The position numbers and the translations under genes are program-made. 64,000 bases of DNA from Octopus sinensis. Lineage: Eukaryota. Shown piece by piece: positions 1-12,336 of this stretch. A model generated the notes under the pieces. It was not told the origin of the DNA and made no database searches. It saw only the letters and a program-made list of their open reading frames with translations. The stretch spans positions 125,550,001-125,614,000 of the forward strand of contig NC_042997.1 of the NCBI RefSeq assembly GCF_006345805.1. The letters run 5' to 3'. Every line of letters begins with the position of its first letter. Position 1 is the first letter of the stretch.

Positions 1-78
1 TGCCGAAGACGGTCCTATCTCATATTAAAATAATTTTGTTTGAAATTTTAATGTGTTTCCATTATTTTGTCCAACCCC

Positions 79-80
<2 letters not shown>
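1..80 (+). mobile_element. 3' end of a Tc1-like transposon (transposase C-terminus and right TIR)
   Basis: Bases 2-28 read AEDGPISY*, like the Tc1 C-terminus AKGGPTPY*. TIR gtgtttccattattttgtccaacccctg (53-80) is followed by TA and closely matches 57228-57255. Confidence 0.7.
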
Positions 81-154
<74 letters not shown>

Positions 155-290
155 TGTATGTATGTATGTATGTATGTATGTATGTATGTATGTATGTGTG
201 TATGTATATACATATATATATATGTATGTATGTATGTATGTGTATATACATGTATGTATATGTGTATGTTTGTATATATATATGTATATA

Positions 291-357
<67 letters not shown>
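81..357. repeat. (TA)n/(TATG)n compound microsatellite
   Basis: Directly visible. Confidence 0.95.
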
Positions 358-358
<1 letters not shown>

Positions 359-360
<2 letters not shown>

Positions 361-770
361 GGTGTGGCTGTGTGGTAACTAAATTGCTTCACAATCTCAT
401 GGTTCCGGGTTCATCCCCACTGCACGATACCTTGGGTAAGTGTCTTCTACTATAACCCGGGGCTGACTAGAGTTTTGTCAGTGGATTAGGTAGACGGAAA
501 GTGAAGGAAGCTCCTTGTATATATATTTTTTACTCTTTTACTTGTTTCAGTCTTTTGACTGCGGCCATGCTTGAGCACAATATATATATATATATCTGTG
601 GTCGGGAGTGTCATTGTTTTTATGGTTCCTCCCACCAACAATTTACAACCGGTGTTGGTTTGCTTACCGACCTGTAAGTTAGCGATTCGACAAAAAAGAC
701 TGATAGAATAAGTAACAGGTTATTAAAAAATAATTTCTGGAGTTATTATGTTCGACTAAAATCAAGAAAG
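359..770 (+). mobile_element. SINE family A, diverged copy, with an inverted tail fragment (~526-578) in its middle
   Basis: Head caggtgtggctgtgtggt...accttgggtaagtgtcttctactata matches other A copies; the 3' half is degraded. Confidence 0.75.
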
Positions 771-1011
771 AGCGAAAAATAAAGATTAAGGAAGTCAGAT
801 GAAAAATCACCGATTCAAATGCACTCATGAAGTAAGCTATAACACCCAGCAACAAAGTTCATTCCAGACCACACACCATATATAGGGTAAACTATCTGTC
901 TTTCTATCTAACAATCGAACTAGATACGTGTCTATTCATCTGTCTGTCTGTCTGCTTCTCTATCTGCCTATCTATTTATCGATCAATTCGTCCGTTTATC
1001 TATCTCTCTTT

Positions 1012-1238
1012 TTTCTTACTCTTTAACTTGTTTCGGTCATTTGACTGCGGCCATGCAGGAGAACCGCCTTTTAGTCGAGCAAATCGACCCCAGGACTTAT
1101 TCATTGTAAGCCTAGTATTTATTCTATCGGTGTCTTTTGCCGAACCGCTAAGTTATGAGGACGCAAACACATCACCATCAAGCAATGTTGAAGGGGACAA
1201 ACACAGACACACAGACACACAAACATATACACACAAAG

Positions 1239-1304
<66 letters not shown>

Positions 1305-1462
1305 GGCCGGGCTTTCAGCTTCTGTCTACCAAATCCACTCACAAGGCTTTGGTCGGCCCGAGGCTATAGTAGAAGACACTTGTCCAAGGTGCCACGCAGT
1401 GGGAATGAACCCGGAACCATGTGGTTCGTAAGCAAGCTACTTACCACAGAGCCACTCCTGCG
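1012..1462 (-). mobile_element. SINE family A, full length
   Basis: Reverse complement of the A consensus, with central (CA)/(TA) tract. Confidence 0.9.
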
Positions 1463-1792
1463 TCTATGTATCTGTCTATCTGACTGCCTGGCAGACAACT
1501 TATCTATCTGTATGTCTCCTTCCATATCCATAAACCACTTATATATCCTTCAACTTTTATATCTCTGAACATTTAAACTATAATATCCCAAGACTTATTA
1601 CAAGAAATTAGACTAATATCTCTTTGTACTGAACTACCTTTTATTGCAATTTCATTTGTTTTGTTCTACCCTCCTTTAACTTTCCTTATTTCTCCTACTG
1701 AGGGTATTATTCTGTTATACTATACTCTTACCAAGTTGCCTGAGATACACCAACACATTATATATATATATATATATATAAAACATATCGAA

Positions 1793-2256
1793 TGTATAAC
1801 ATATCGAATGGTAGGTTTTTAAAATTTGAAGTAATATCATAAAATGATGTTTGTTTGAAATAAAAATTAAGAACTTAAAATTACTGCTTTTGATGAGAGT
1901 CTTCCTTGTTAGTCTTCTGTAATAATCCATAATATTCAGATGTAAAATCCGTTATATTATCTTGTATTCCAAATATAGTTCATATACTTAGATAATATAG
2001 AATAATGGAATCCTGTATTGCTGAGCATTTATAAGTAATCCTTCTTCTCTTCAGTAATATCAAATGTAAAATTTGTATAATTTTACGTATGGTAGTTTTT
2101 TTTTTTTAAGCAGTAATTTTTAATTTTTAATTTATATTTCAAACAAACACCATTTTACAGTATTACTTCAAAATTTTTAAAAACTATCATTCGAAATGTT
2201 ATACAAAATTCAAATTATATATATCTGAAGAGCAGAAGAGTTGTCTATAAATGCTT
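1793..2256. repeat. Interleaved inverted repeats (MITE/foldback-like)
   Basis: ~100-bp arm 1793-1890 is a diverged reverse complement of 2107-2206. A second pair is ~2022-2055 versus ~2224-2256. Confidence 0.7.
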
Positions 2257-2504
2257 ATCAATATAGGATTTCATTATAGAGACAGCACTTCAGTGAAACA
2301 ATCGCGTGATGCTTTAAATACTTAATTCAAAACTTTTAAACTGTCATATACATTATATATTTATACTTATACATATTTACATATGTTTTAATACATATTT
2401 ATATTTTTAATACAACAATTATTTTACACACGTATATATCTTTCTGAAGTAATTTCTAATATTGATTCCTGGTATTAATAATAATATATTATAATATATA
2501 TATA

Positions 2505-3050
2505 TATACATACATATGTGGGAAGTTCTGTCTGTGAGTGTGTTTGTTTGTGACATTGTTAGTTAACTCCTCCTACATCGTTTTATTGATTTTGATGAAA
2601 CTTGACACGTGATTAGCACTCATGTCTGGAAACCTCGTGACATACTTAGATTGTTGGAAAAATCGATAATACGGCCCATTGAAGGGACCTTAATATCTAC
2701 CTCATATAACTAATTTTTTTAAACACCCGAGGGAAAAAAGTCAAAACACCTGCACAATATTTTTTAAACACTCAAGGGAAATAACCCATTTCATTGTTTA
2801 TGTTCGATTACTTTGAATATTGATTTTTGGTGTGTTCTATTTCTAATTTTTGCAGACAATATCACTTTTACACTTTATTTGACACATGTCTAGAAACCTC
2901 GTAAGATACTTAGATTGTTGAAACATTCGATAAGAGGGCCCCTCAAATGGATCCTTCTATCTACTACATATTACTAATATTTTATCTAAACAATCCAATG
3001 GAAATAACCCATACCACCTGCAGTTTTTAGCGAAATGATCAATATTTGAT
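2505..3050 (+). mobile_element. Possible non-autonomous Helentron/HINE-like element with internal direct repeats
   Basis: The start tctgtctgtgagtgtgtttgtttg...aactcctcct...gattttgatgaaacttgacac resembles DINE-1/HINE-type elements. Diverged ~110-bp direct repeats at ~2620-2730 and ~2885-2995. Termini not resolved. Confidence 0.35.
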
Positions 3051-3355
3051 TCTCACGATCAGCCGACCTAATTCTCCATTTCACTACTCACAGCTTTGAA
3101 CTGCTAAACATTATTCTTGAACTTCCTTAATTTGGATTTTAAATCTTAAAGACTTCATTCATACATTTCTATACATACATACTTTTTTTGAATGCCCATT
3201 ACTCCGATAATTCTGCATTTTTACAGTTACACTTTTTCCATGACAGTAGATTAAATTTATAATTCCACAACGTATTTCTAGTGGCATCATGCAGGCATAC
3301 CGTGGATTCGATCCTCAATTGCCAGATTTCACTTAACACTTCAACAGTGATTTTC

Positions 3356-3565
3356 TCACGGTAAAGCAATAGTTTTTCTGTGAATGACAGAAGTTATACA
3401 TTTCCCAGATGCATTCGCGAAGCAGAATAATGTCTTTGCCTCTCGCCAACCTCCGACAATCTTTCTCGTCAACCTCCGAAAACTACTCTCGCTAACCTCC
3501 AACAATCTCTCTCTCTCCTCCAGCTGACAGTTTTTTTGTACTTTTCCGTGACGGAAAATGCGCAT
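3356..3565 (-). pseudogene. pogo/Tigger-like transposase fragment
   Basis: KTLFCFANASGKCITSVIHRK resembles the pogo DDE motif TLLxCxNASGxxKxxVIxK. Confidence 0.4.
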
Positions 3566-3685
3566 TTTGTGGTAGTTATAACGAAATTGCTTTCTTATAT
3601 CATAGTAATAAGGCGTTTCAACAGAACATCTTTACCTCCGGAATTACCGGATACACCAACTAGTATATACGTATATAGATACTTC

Positions 3686-4149
<464 letters not shown>

Positions 4150-4150
<1 letters not shown>

Positions 4151-4690
4151 TCTGAACTAATTGTAGTTTCTGATTTACAGGTGTTTGAACTGAGTCAAGT
4201 GTGAAATGGAGTCTGTTGAGTGTCGAGCAGTGATCCGGTTTTTGTATTTGAAAGGACGCACACCACGGGAGACTTTTGATGAAATGAAAGTAACTTATGG
4301 TGATGATGCCCCATCATATGACCTTGTAAAACGCTGGCATCGTGAATTCAAACATGGTCGGAACTCTGTGGAAACAGCTCCCAGATCTGGTCGCCCCCTT
4401 CTGCTATTGATGAGGCAACTGTCCGTCAAGTTGAGGCTGCCATTTTGGAAGATCGACGCATAACTATTCGCCAAATAGTCCATGAGATCAAGATTAGTAC
4501 CGGGTCTGTGGAAACTATCATTCATGACCATTTGCATATGCAAAAGGTGTCTGCTAGATGGATTCCCAGGTTGCTCACACCTTTCCAGAAGCAAGAACGC
4601 GTCGAGTGCTCGAGGATGAATTTGGAGATGTGCCAAGAAGATGAGTCAAAATTTTTCAAAAGACTGATTACACAGGATGAAACCTTGATT
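4150..4690 (+). mobile_element. mariner transposase 5' half, frameshifted and truncated at the first catalytic D
   Basis: [17 protein letters not shown]...PRSGRP (HTH), then WIPRLLT and ITQDET in the shifted frame. Confidence 0.9.
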
Positions 4691-5410
4691 TTTTAATGTC
4701 TTTACCACCATACTTTCGTGAGTTGAATTGAGCAAACACTATATGAGAGAGATTTTCTTTAAGTATTAGAAATAGTTTTAAAAAAGTTTTTTTAGCTACT
4801 ATTTCTAATGAGTTCAGTATGTGGCAAAGTAATTTATTTTACTAAGCCCTTTTATATAATGTAATAATTTGAATTCGCCTTAAATGGTCCCTTTACATAC
4901 TGAATACTTGGTGAAATTGATTAATAATTAATTAATTTTACCCTCAATTGTTGAAATTATAATTCATCTCTCTCTATTTAATGCTTCGGATTTTACCGAA
5001 AAAGCATAGTGTTTACTGATTTTAACCCACGCTGGTGGAAAGGGGAGAGCAGAAATTCTTCGCTTGCATATTTTGGGTTTGCTGGCACTGTAGTTTCGAG
5101 CAGATCTTCAGAAGCGATAAGAAGCCGAAAGGGTATGCTCCCACTTTCAGTGTTTTCAAATCCAAACCAAGGAGTTCTGAGCTGATGATAGAAATGTCGA
5201 GTTGACTAATCTTGAAACGTACGTTCTCAAATAACCTTTGCATTTGATTTTTTAATGTCTTTACCCCCATACTTTCGTGAGTTGAATTGAGCAAACACTA
5301 TATGAGAGAGATTTTCTTTAAGTATTAGAAATAGTTTAAAAAAAGTTTTTTTAGCTACTATTTCTAATGAGTTCAGTATGTGGCAAGTAATTTATTTTAC
5401 TAAGCCCTTT

Positions 5411-5415
<5 letters not shown>
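4685..5415 (+). mobile_element. Hammerhead-carrying non-coding tandem repeat (family H; retrozyme-like or PLE pLTR-like)
   Basis: 4685-4858 is repeated almost exactly at 5244-5415 (period 559). A hammerhead motif lies just upstream of the second copy. Confidence 0.7.
5178..5229 (+). ncRNA. Type I hammerhead ribozyme motif
   Basis: TGAG-CTGATGA-(25-nt imperfect stem II with GTC/GAC and AGA/TCT pairs)-GAAAC-GTAC-GTT-CTCA. Both core boxes are intact, with 4-bp stem I and palindromic loop 3. The base pair next to the core in stem II is not canonical. Confidence 0.65.
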
Positions 5416-5473
<58 letters not shown>

Positions 5474-5671
5474 TATATGCTTACATATATGTATGTATAT
5501 ATATATATACATACATATATATGCATACATATATATATACATACATAAATATATACAAACATATATAGATAGATAACAGATAGGTAGATTGATAGATAGA
5601 TAGATATGTGTGTCTTTGTGTGTGTGTGTGTGATCAACACCCCTATACCACACTAGGTTCCTACACTATAT

Positions 5672-5759
<88 letters not shown>

Positions 5760-5859
5760 ATATCGATTATACATATCCATCTGCTCAACTTCGTTTCCCT
5801 CTTCCAATTTCTCTCTCATTCTCTTCACATCTCTCTCTTCAATGTTCTCTGCCTCTATG

Positions 5860-5892
<33 letters not shown>

Positions 5893-6579
5893 TTCTCTTT
5901 CTGTCTCTCTCTCTCTCTCTGTCTTTCTTTGTTATCTCTCCTTTTTTTACGCTACATTCATTTACCAACTGACTTTCTCTTTCTCTCACTTTCTGCCCCT
6001 CCTTTCTCTCTTCCTCTTTCTCTCTCTCACTCCATCTATCTTTCTCTGTCTCTCGCTCGCTTCTTTCCTGACACCCCTTCCTTTATCCTCTCACTAACTA
6101 TCTCCTCATCCGCAATCATTCTATTTCCCCTTTGTTTCTCTCCTTTTCTTTCACATTTTATCCGCTCCCTAACTCCCTCCCTCCTTTACTGTTTCAGTTA
6201 ATCTATGACGCGAATTTCCTTCCAATCATTTATTATGACACACCTCCATATCTCTACCTCCTCTCAAACGACCAATCAAATTACCTACAATTATCCATTA
6301 ATATTTCCCTGACACTTTTTATAAACTCCTCCTCCTTGTGCGTTTTTTTTCCCTCTGAATATACAAACGTGTTTATATATTAGAGACGTTAATACAGGAA
6401 TGGGAACAGTAGAGCTGTACTTGGTGAGATAAACATGTGCCTCCTGTATACTACGTCACTTGAAACGTCTATAGTCCTTCCCTACAGGTGTCAATGCTTA
6501 ACACCAATTTTTTCTCTCTCCCTAATTATCTAGCTATCTATCACTATCTCTCTTTCCCCCTCCCTCCCTCTCTCTATCC

Positions 6580-6615
<36 letters not shown>

Positions 6616-6620
6616 ATATC
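5416..6620. repeat. (TA)n, (GATA)n, (CT)n and pyrimidine-rich low-complexity tract
   Basis: Directly visible. Confidence 0.9.
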
Positions 6621-6660
6621 TGCTCTGTGTTATGGCTGGTGTAATATTAGGAAATCATAA

Positions 6661-6863
6661 AGGCAGCGAGCTGGCAGAATCGTTAACACGCCCGGCAAAA
6701 TACTTAGCAATGCTTCGTCCGTCTTTACGTTCTTAGTTCAAATTCCTTCGATGTCCACTTTACTTTTCATAAAATAAGTACCAGTTGGGCACTGGGAACA
6801 ATGTAACCGGCTTGATCTGTCCCACCAAATTTGCTGGCCTTGTGCCAACATTTGAAACGAATA
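6661..6863 (+). mobile_element. SINE family B monomer (tail type Y), diverged
   Basis: aggcagcgagctggcagaatcgttaacacgcccgg head; taagtaccagt core. Confidence 0.8.
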
Positions 6864-7655
6864 CAGTGATCCCTGGTTTATCGCGATAGATTGGTTCCGA
6901 GACCGGCCGCAATAAGTGAATTTCCGCGAAGTAGGGACACCATGGACTTTTAAAACCCTCCCTGTACTGTTAACAACCCACCCATTACAGTAGTCTATTA
7001 ATAACAAGGACAACTATTAAGTAATAACACTTTTGATTTAAAAAAAATAAAGATTGTTACTATACTCAACACGAAAGAAGTTGAAGTAAAATTTGAATGA
7101 TGATGGTAATGAATTTACTGCTCAGTAGAAATGATGATGTTGAAGGTGCAACCGTAGTAAGAACTGGCTCTTTTTTGCGAAGCTGCAAAAACATTGTGAT
7201 AAGAAGTTGCTGCCGCTGCTTCTTTTTCCATTCACAGAGCATCTTGTAGGGATTCATGACTTCGTCGACTTTGTTGTAAAATTGCACAGAACCAACCATA
7301 TCGTCGTCCCATTCCTGTGACCCCTCTTTCAATTCTTTAGCCCGGTTACAGAGCTTGGCCAGCCGTTCCAAAGTCAAGCCAGTTTGGTCGACAGCTTATT
7401 CCATTTCTTGCTGCGTTTCTTCTTCCTCTTTGCTGGCCAACTTCGTCAAGTCTTCGAGGTCTACGTCGGTTAGCGGCTAGGAGTGGCAGTCTAATAACGC
7501 GTCGATGTCTCCTGTGGTCATGTGTGCAAAGCCGTCAACTCCAATGATCGCAGCCAACTGCAAAGCTTTCTTTTTTAAAAATATATAATTTTTTTTTTAA
7601 TCCGCGAAGTCGTGAATCCGCGATAGTTGAACCGCGAAGTAGCGAAGGATCACTG
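6864..7655 (-). mobile_element. Tigger/pogo-like internally deleted DNA transposon
   Basis: Both ends start CAGTGATCC and are flanked by TA. ORF 7066-7377 (KKKQRQQLLITMF) resembles Tigger transposase C-termini. Confidence 0.85.
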
Positions 7656-8446
7656 TATTAGGGAACTAAACTGTTGATAATTCTGTTGTCAAATGATATG
7701 GAAACGATGATATTAAGCTTTAATTCAGTTGTGTTCTATCCATCAATGCAGCTCTCTGTTTATCTATCTATCTCTGTACCACATCAATATATCAAGTGTC
7801 TAAGCATTTGTTTTAGATTTCCTTTCTCGTTGGATTTAGCTCTCATCTCTCACTCTTTCTCTGTGTATCTAACACGTCCGTCTTTCTTCCTTTCTATACA
7901 TCTACTTCCCTTTCTTGCTTGCTACGTATCTACTTCTCTTTCTCCCCCATCTCTCTCTCTCTCTTTCTGGTATATGAGTGTTCTACCGAATGAAATGCTT
8001 GCTCATTGGTAGAGTATCTTTGTCTCTATAGTAACTCTTTGACTTACTCTTCATTGATGGTAAATAATGGGTTTCAAAGCGAAACGACGTGTCGTCATTG
8101 ACGTCCAGACGAAGGAAGAGTGCAGGTTGTCCAACATACACAGAAGACTATGGGTTGCGTATGGAGATGACACATTTGACAAGAGCAATATATACAGATG
8201 GACGAATAAGCTTTAAAAGGGAAACCATAATTTAAGGCAAACCATGCAGTAAAAAAACCTATCAAATGTGACCACTGATATGAATCACCAGCGAGTGGAC
8301 CAACTGATTTGTGCAGACAAACGAGTCAAAATCGGTGAGCTTGTACAACTGGATTGTGATCACAATGTATTGCAGAATATAGTCGGAGGCTTTGGGTGCT
8401 GGACACTACATGCAGTTGTTGATATAGAATGGAAGTGGGGAATTCT

Positions 8447-8680
8447 TATTTCTTTATAGCCCACAAGGGGCTAAACACAGAGGGGACAAACAAGGACATA
8501 CAAACGGATTAAGTCGATTATATTGACCCCAGTGTGTAACTGGTACATAATTTATCGACCCCGAAAGGATGAAATGCAAAGTCGACCTCGGCGGAATTTG
8601 AACTCAGAACGTAACGGCAGACGAAATGCCGCTAAGCATTTCGCCGGCGTGCTAACATTTCTGCCAGCTCGCCAACTTAT
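8447..8680 (-). mobile_element. SINE family B monomer (tail X) with 17-bp TSD
   Basis: Flanked by tggaagtggggaattct / tggaagtggcggattct. Confidence 0.9.
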
Positions 8681-9238
8681 TGGAAGTGGCGGATTCTACC
8701 CTGGAGCGCTGAAAGTACTTGAATCCAACGGAGAAATGTTTTTCTCGGATATGATGATAGGAGATAAAACGTGAATGTGTGTATTTATAGACTGTAAACG
8801 AACGCTCAGTTCGTGGAATGGCGTCACATCTCTTCTACACGACCTAAGAAGTTCTATAGCCAGTGACCAGCACAGAAAATCATGGTGACTCTTGCTTGAG
8901 ATCACAACGGTGTCATTCTCCTTGATTTTCAGACACCCAACTGTACCTTAAACAGTAAGCGATACATTGAGACATTCAAACAGATTAGAAAAGCCATTAG
9001 AAGGAGCAGACGACACAAATATTTGAAGAATATCCACATTCACCATGAGTATGCACGGCCGCACACGTCTTTGGTAAAAAATCAATCAATGGGCAAACTG
9101 AGTGGGTCAGAGAGAGAGAGAGAGAGGAGGAACAATAGGAAGTAGATATATAGAGAAGAAGAAAGAAGAACATGCTAGATATACAAAGAAAGAGTGAGAG
9201 AGGAGAGCAAAATCCAACAAGAAATGGAATTTTAAAAG

Positions 9239-9425
9239 GCGTAGTAGTGGCTGTGTGGTAAGTAGCTTGCTAACCAACCACATGGTTCCGAGTTCAGTCC
9301 CACTGCGTGGTACCTTGGGCAAGTGTCTTCTACTATAGCCTCGGGCCGACCAAAGCCTTGTGAGTGGATTTGGTAGACGGAAACTGAACGAAGCCCGTCG
9401 TATGTATATATATATATATATGTGT

Positions 9426-9477
<52 letters not shown>

Positions 9478-9682
9478 TTGTGTGTCTGTGTCCCCCAACA
9501 TCGCCTGACAACCGATGGTGGTGTGTTTACGTCCCCGTAACTTAGCGGTTCGGCAAAAGAAACCGATAGCATAAGTACTAGGCTTACAAAGAATAAGTCC
9601 TGGGGTCGATTTGCTTGACTAAAGGCGGTGCTCCAGCATGGCCACGGTCAAATGACTGAAACATGTAAAAGGGTAAAAGAGT
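9239..9682 (+). mobile_element. SINE family A, full length
   Basis: Matches the A consensus; central (TA)(TG) tract; GGTACC in the head. Confidence 0.9.
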
Positions 9683-10018
9683 AATCTACCACATAGCTCG
9701 AATCTGCTCACCTGACTTCTACCTGTTCGGGATAATGAAGGATAGTCTTCGAGAACAACGATATAACAGAGATTAGGTGAAGAAGAAAGTATAGCAGTGA
9801 ACACTTGAATTTTTTCACTAAGGAATGGAGAGTTGAGTTCGTGGAAGTCGTAATTACATCAATTTGAATGGTGACTACGTTGAGTTGTAACTTTGTATAA
9901 TGGAAGTTGCTGTACGGATATGCAAGGTTTGAACAACATCTGTTAACACAAAGTTTTCAGAAACTTGTGTGGGGCGGGGTGCATGTGTTTGTGTGTGTAT
10001 GTATATATATATATGTGT

Positions 10019-10081
<63 letters not shown>

Positions 10082-10246
10082 ATGAAAATAGAGCAACAGA
10101 AAGTATTAGAAAAGGTATTAGACAATAATACCGAGAGATGATTACATTTATACTTAGACATACAGACAGATAGACTGACAAACAGACAGACAAGCAGGTA
10201 GGCAGGTAGGCAGACAGACAGACAGACAAACAAACAGACAGACATT

Positions 10247-10311
<65 letters not shown>

Positions 10312-10680
10312 GCGCAGTCCGTCATGAAAAGTTTTTTGAAACTGTCAACATAAAAAGTCTTGATGTTTTTTTTTATATTTTCATGAGTTCTAATTGGCTG
10401 AGTTTCATTCGTATTGAAATTTTATTGATGAATTACGCTTAGACATTGCAACACACACACTCGCGCACACAGAGACACACACACACACACACAACTGTAC
10501 GTACACACAAATCATACTTACATAAATGGTCATAAACATCTATCACACAAATTAATACTCACAAAAACCTGTAAAAGATACAGATGCCTAAAAACTACCA
10601 ATACTACACACATAAAATTTCCACACAAACGCATACATGTGTGCTCCCACGAGCACACACACACACACATACACACAGAT

Positions 10681-10731
<51 letters not shown>

Positions 10732-10966
10732 TATTATATATATATATATATGACGTGCTCTGTGTGTATATGACCATTCTAGAACAATAATAAGCGCATT
10801 TGAAAAAACATACAACAGAAAGAGTAAAAAAAAAGGAAATTATAACCCAATTACACACCATGAAGAGCCAACCTCATAAACGCTAGAGACAACCTCAAGA
10901 TAATACATCAAAACCACACACAACCGAAATAAAAAGCAACATCAACAGCTAAACATATAATAGCAA

Positions 10967-11027
<61 letters not shown>

Positions 11028-11029
11028 AT

Positions 11030-11121
<92 letters not shown>

Positions 11122-11573
11122 ATATATGTGTATATATATATGTATATATATAATATAATATATATATATATATATATATAATATATATATATATAATATA
11201 TATGTATAGGCTGCACGAAAAGCAGCAAACTGGCTAGTATTTGTAGAGAACATTGACTGCAAAACTAATAGTATAACACTATATAGAGTAATTTAATTAG
11301 TAGCTTCAACAACTTCACTAATGGTTACACCACATAAGCATATCACAATAACAACCTCAAGTATTATAGCCGCTTTAAAACACCGAATAAATGGCCGTTT
11401 CAGATATTTCTGGAAAAACTCATTCACCGCCCAAAAAACACGTAATGTATAGCGTCCACGTATTTCATAATATTGGTCCCCTTCTTTTCGTCGTAGTCCC
11501 ACACAAGCAATAGGGAATTTTAGAAATTTACAAGACTCGGGGTCAGATAAGATAATAAACATAGGATAATGAA

Positions 11574-11966
11574 CGTAGGAGTGGCTGTGTGGTAAGTAGC
11601 TTGCTTACCAACTACATGGTTCCGGGTTCAGTCCCACTGAGTGGCACCTAGGGCAAGTGTCTTCTACTATAGCCTCGGGCCGACCAAAGCCTTGTGAGTA
11701 GATTTGGTAAACGGAAACTGAAAGAAGCCCGTCGTATATATGTATATATGTGTGTGTGTGTATGTTTGTGTGCCTGTGTTTGTCCTCCAACATCGCTTGA
11801 CAACCGATGCTTGTGTTTTCAAGTCCCCGTATCTTAGCGGTTCGGCAAAAGAGACCGATAGAATAAGTACTAGGCTTCCAAACAATAAGTCCTAGATCGA
11901 TTTGCTCGACTAAAGGCGGTGCTCCAGCATGGCCACGGTCAAATGACTGAAGCAAGTAAAAGAGTA
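11574..11966 (+). mobile_element. SINE family A, full length
   Basis: Matches the A consensus. Confidence 0.9.
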
Positions 11967-12336
11967 TACCATAAATCACGTAAGGTCTGAAGGAATCACA
12001 GTAAAGACCAATTTGTACCACTAGTCGTATCAATGTCGTAACTTCCTGCAAGCCTTTAATTCTCCATAATTTTTTCATAAAACTGGCTCTCTGGTTTCTA
12101 TGGGATACACGTGACCGAAATCCTTACATTCGCCATGAACAGGACACAGGTCCGTTACAGAGTTCGAATTTTAAGGAGAGTAGGAGAGTTTATTTACATC
12201 GATTTCAGTATTCGACTGGTAGTTTATTTTAACAATCCTGAAGGGAGAAAAGACGAAGGTGACCTCGGTGGGATTTCAACTCAGAAATACCGCTAAGATC
12301 TGTGCGGCAAGAAGATTGCTTCTCAACTATATGGTT

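Larger units (their letters stand above)
8040..9905 (+). mobile_element. Decayed near full-length mariner, interrupted by three insertions
   Basis: Stop/frameshift-riddled homology from the HTH through MIGDKT, HHEYARPHTS, DFYLFG and NGDYVEL*. Confidence 0.8.

Noticed and set aside
1-20. gccgaagacggtc as a hammerhead 3' half
   Set aside because: Better explained as the Tc1 transposase C-terminal codons just before the TIR.
25-455. Long ORFs such as poly-YI, HT, CV and LSIY throughout the ORF track
   Set aside because: These are translations of (TA)n, (CA)n, (TATG)n and (GATA)n microsatellites, which lack stop codons in some frames.
5085-5115. Minus-strand CTGAAGA...GAAAC-TACA-GTG inside family H (possible second-polarity hammerhead)
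   Set aside because: Stem II and stem I do not pair and the triplet is GUG. Worth rechecking only on the family consensus.
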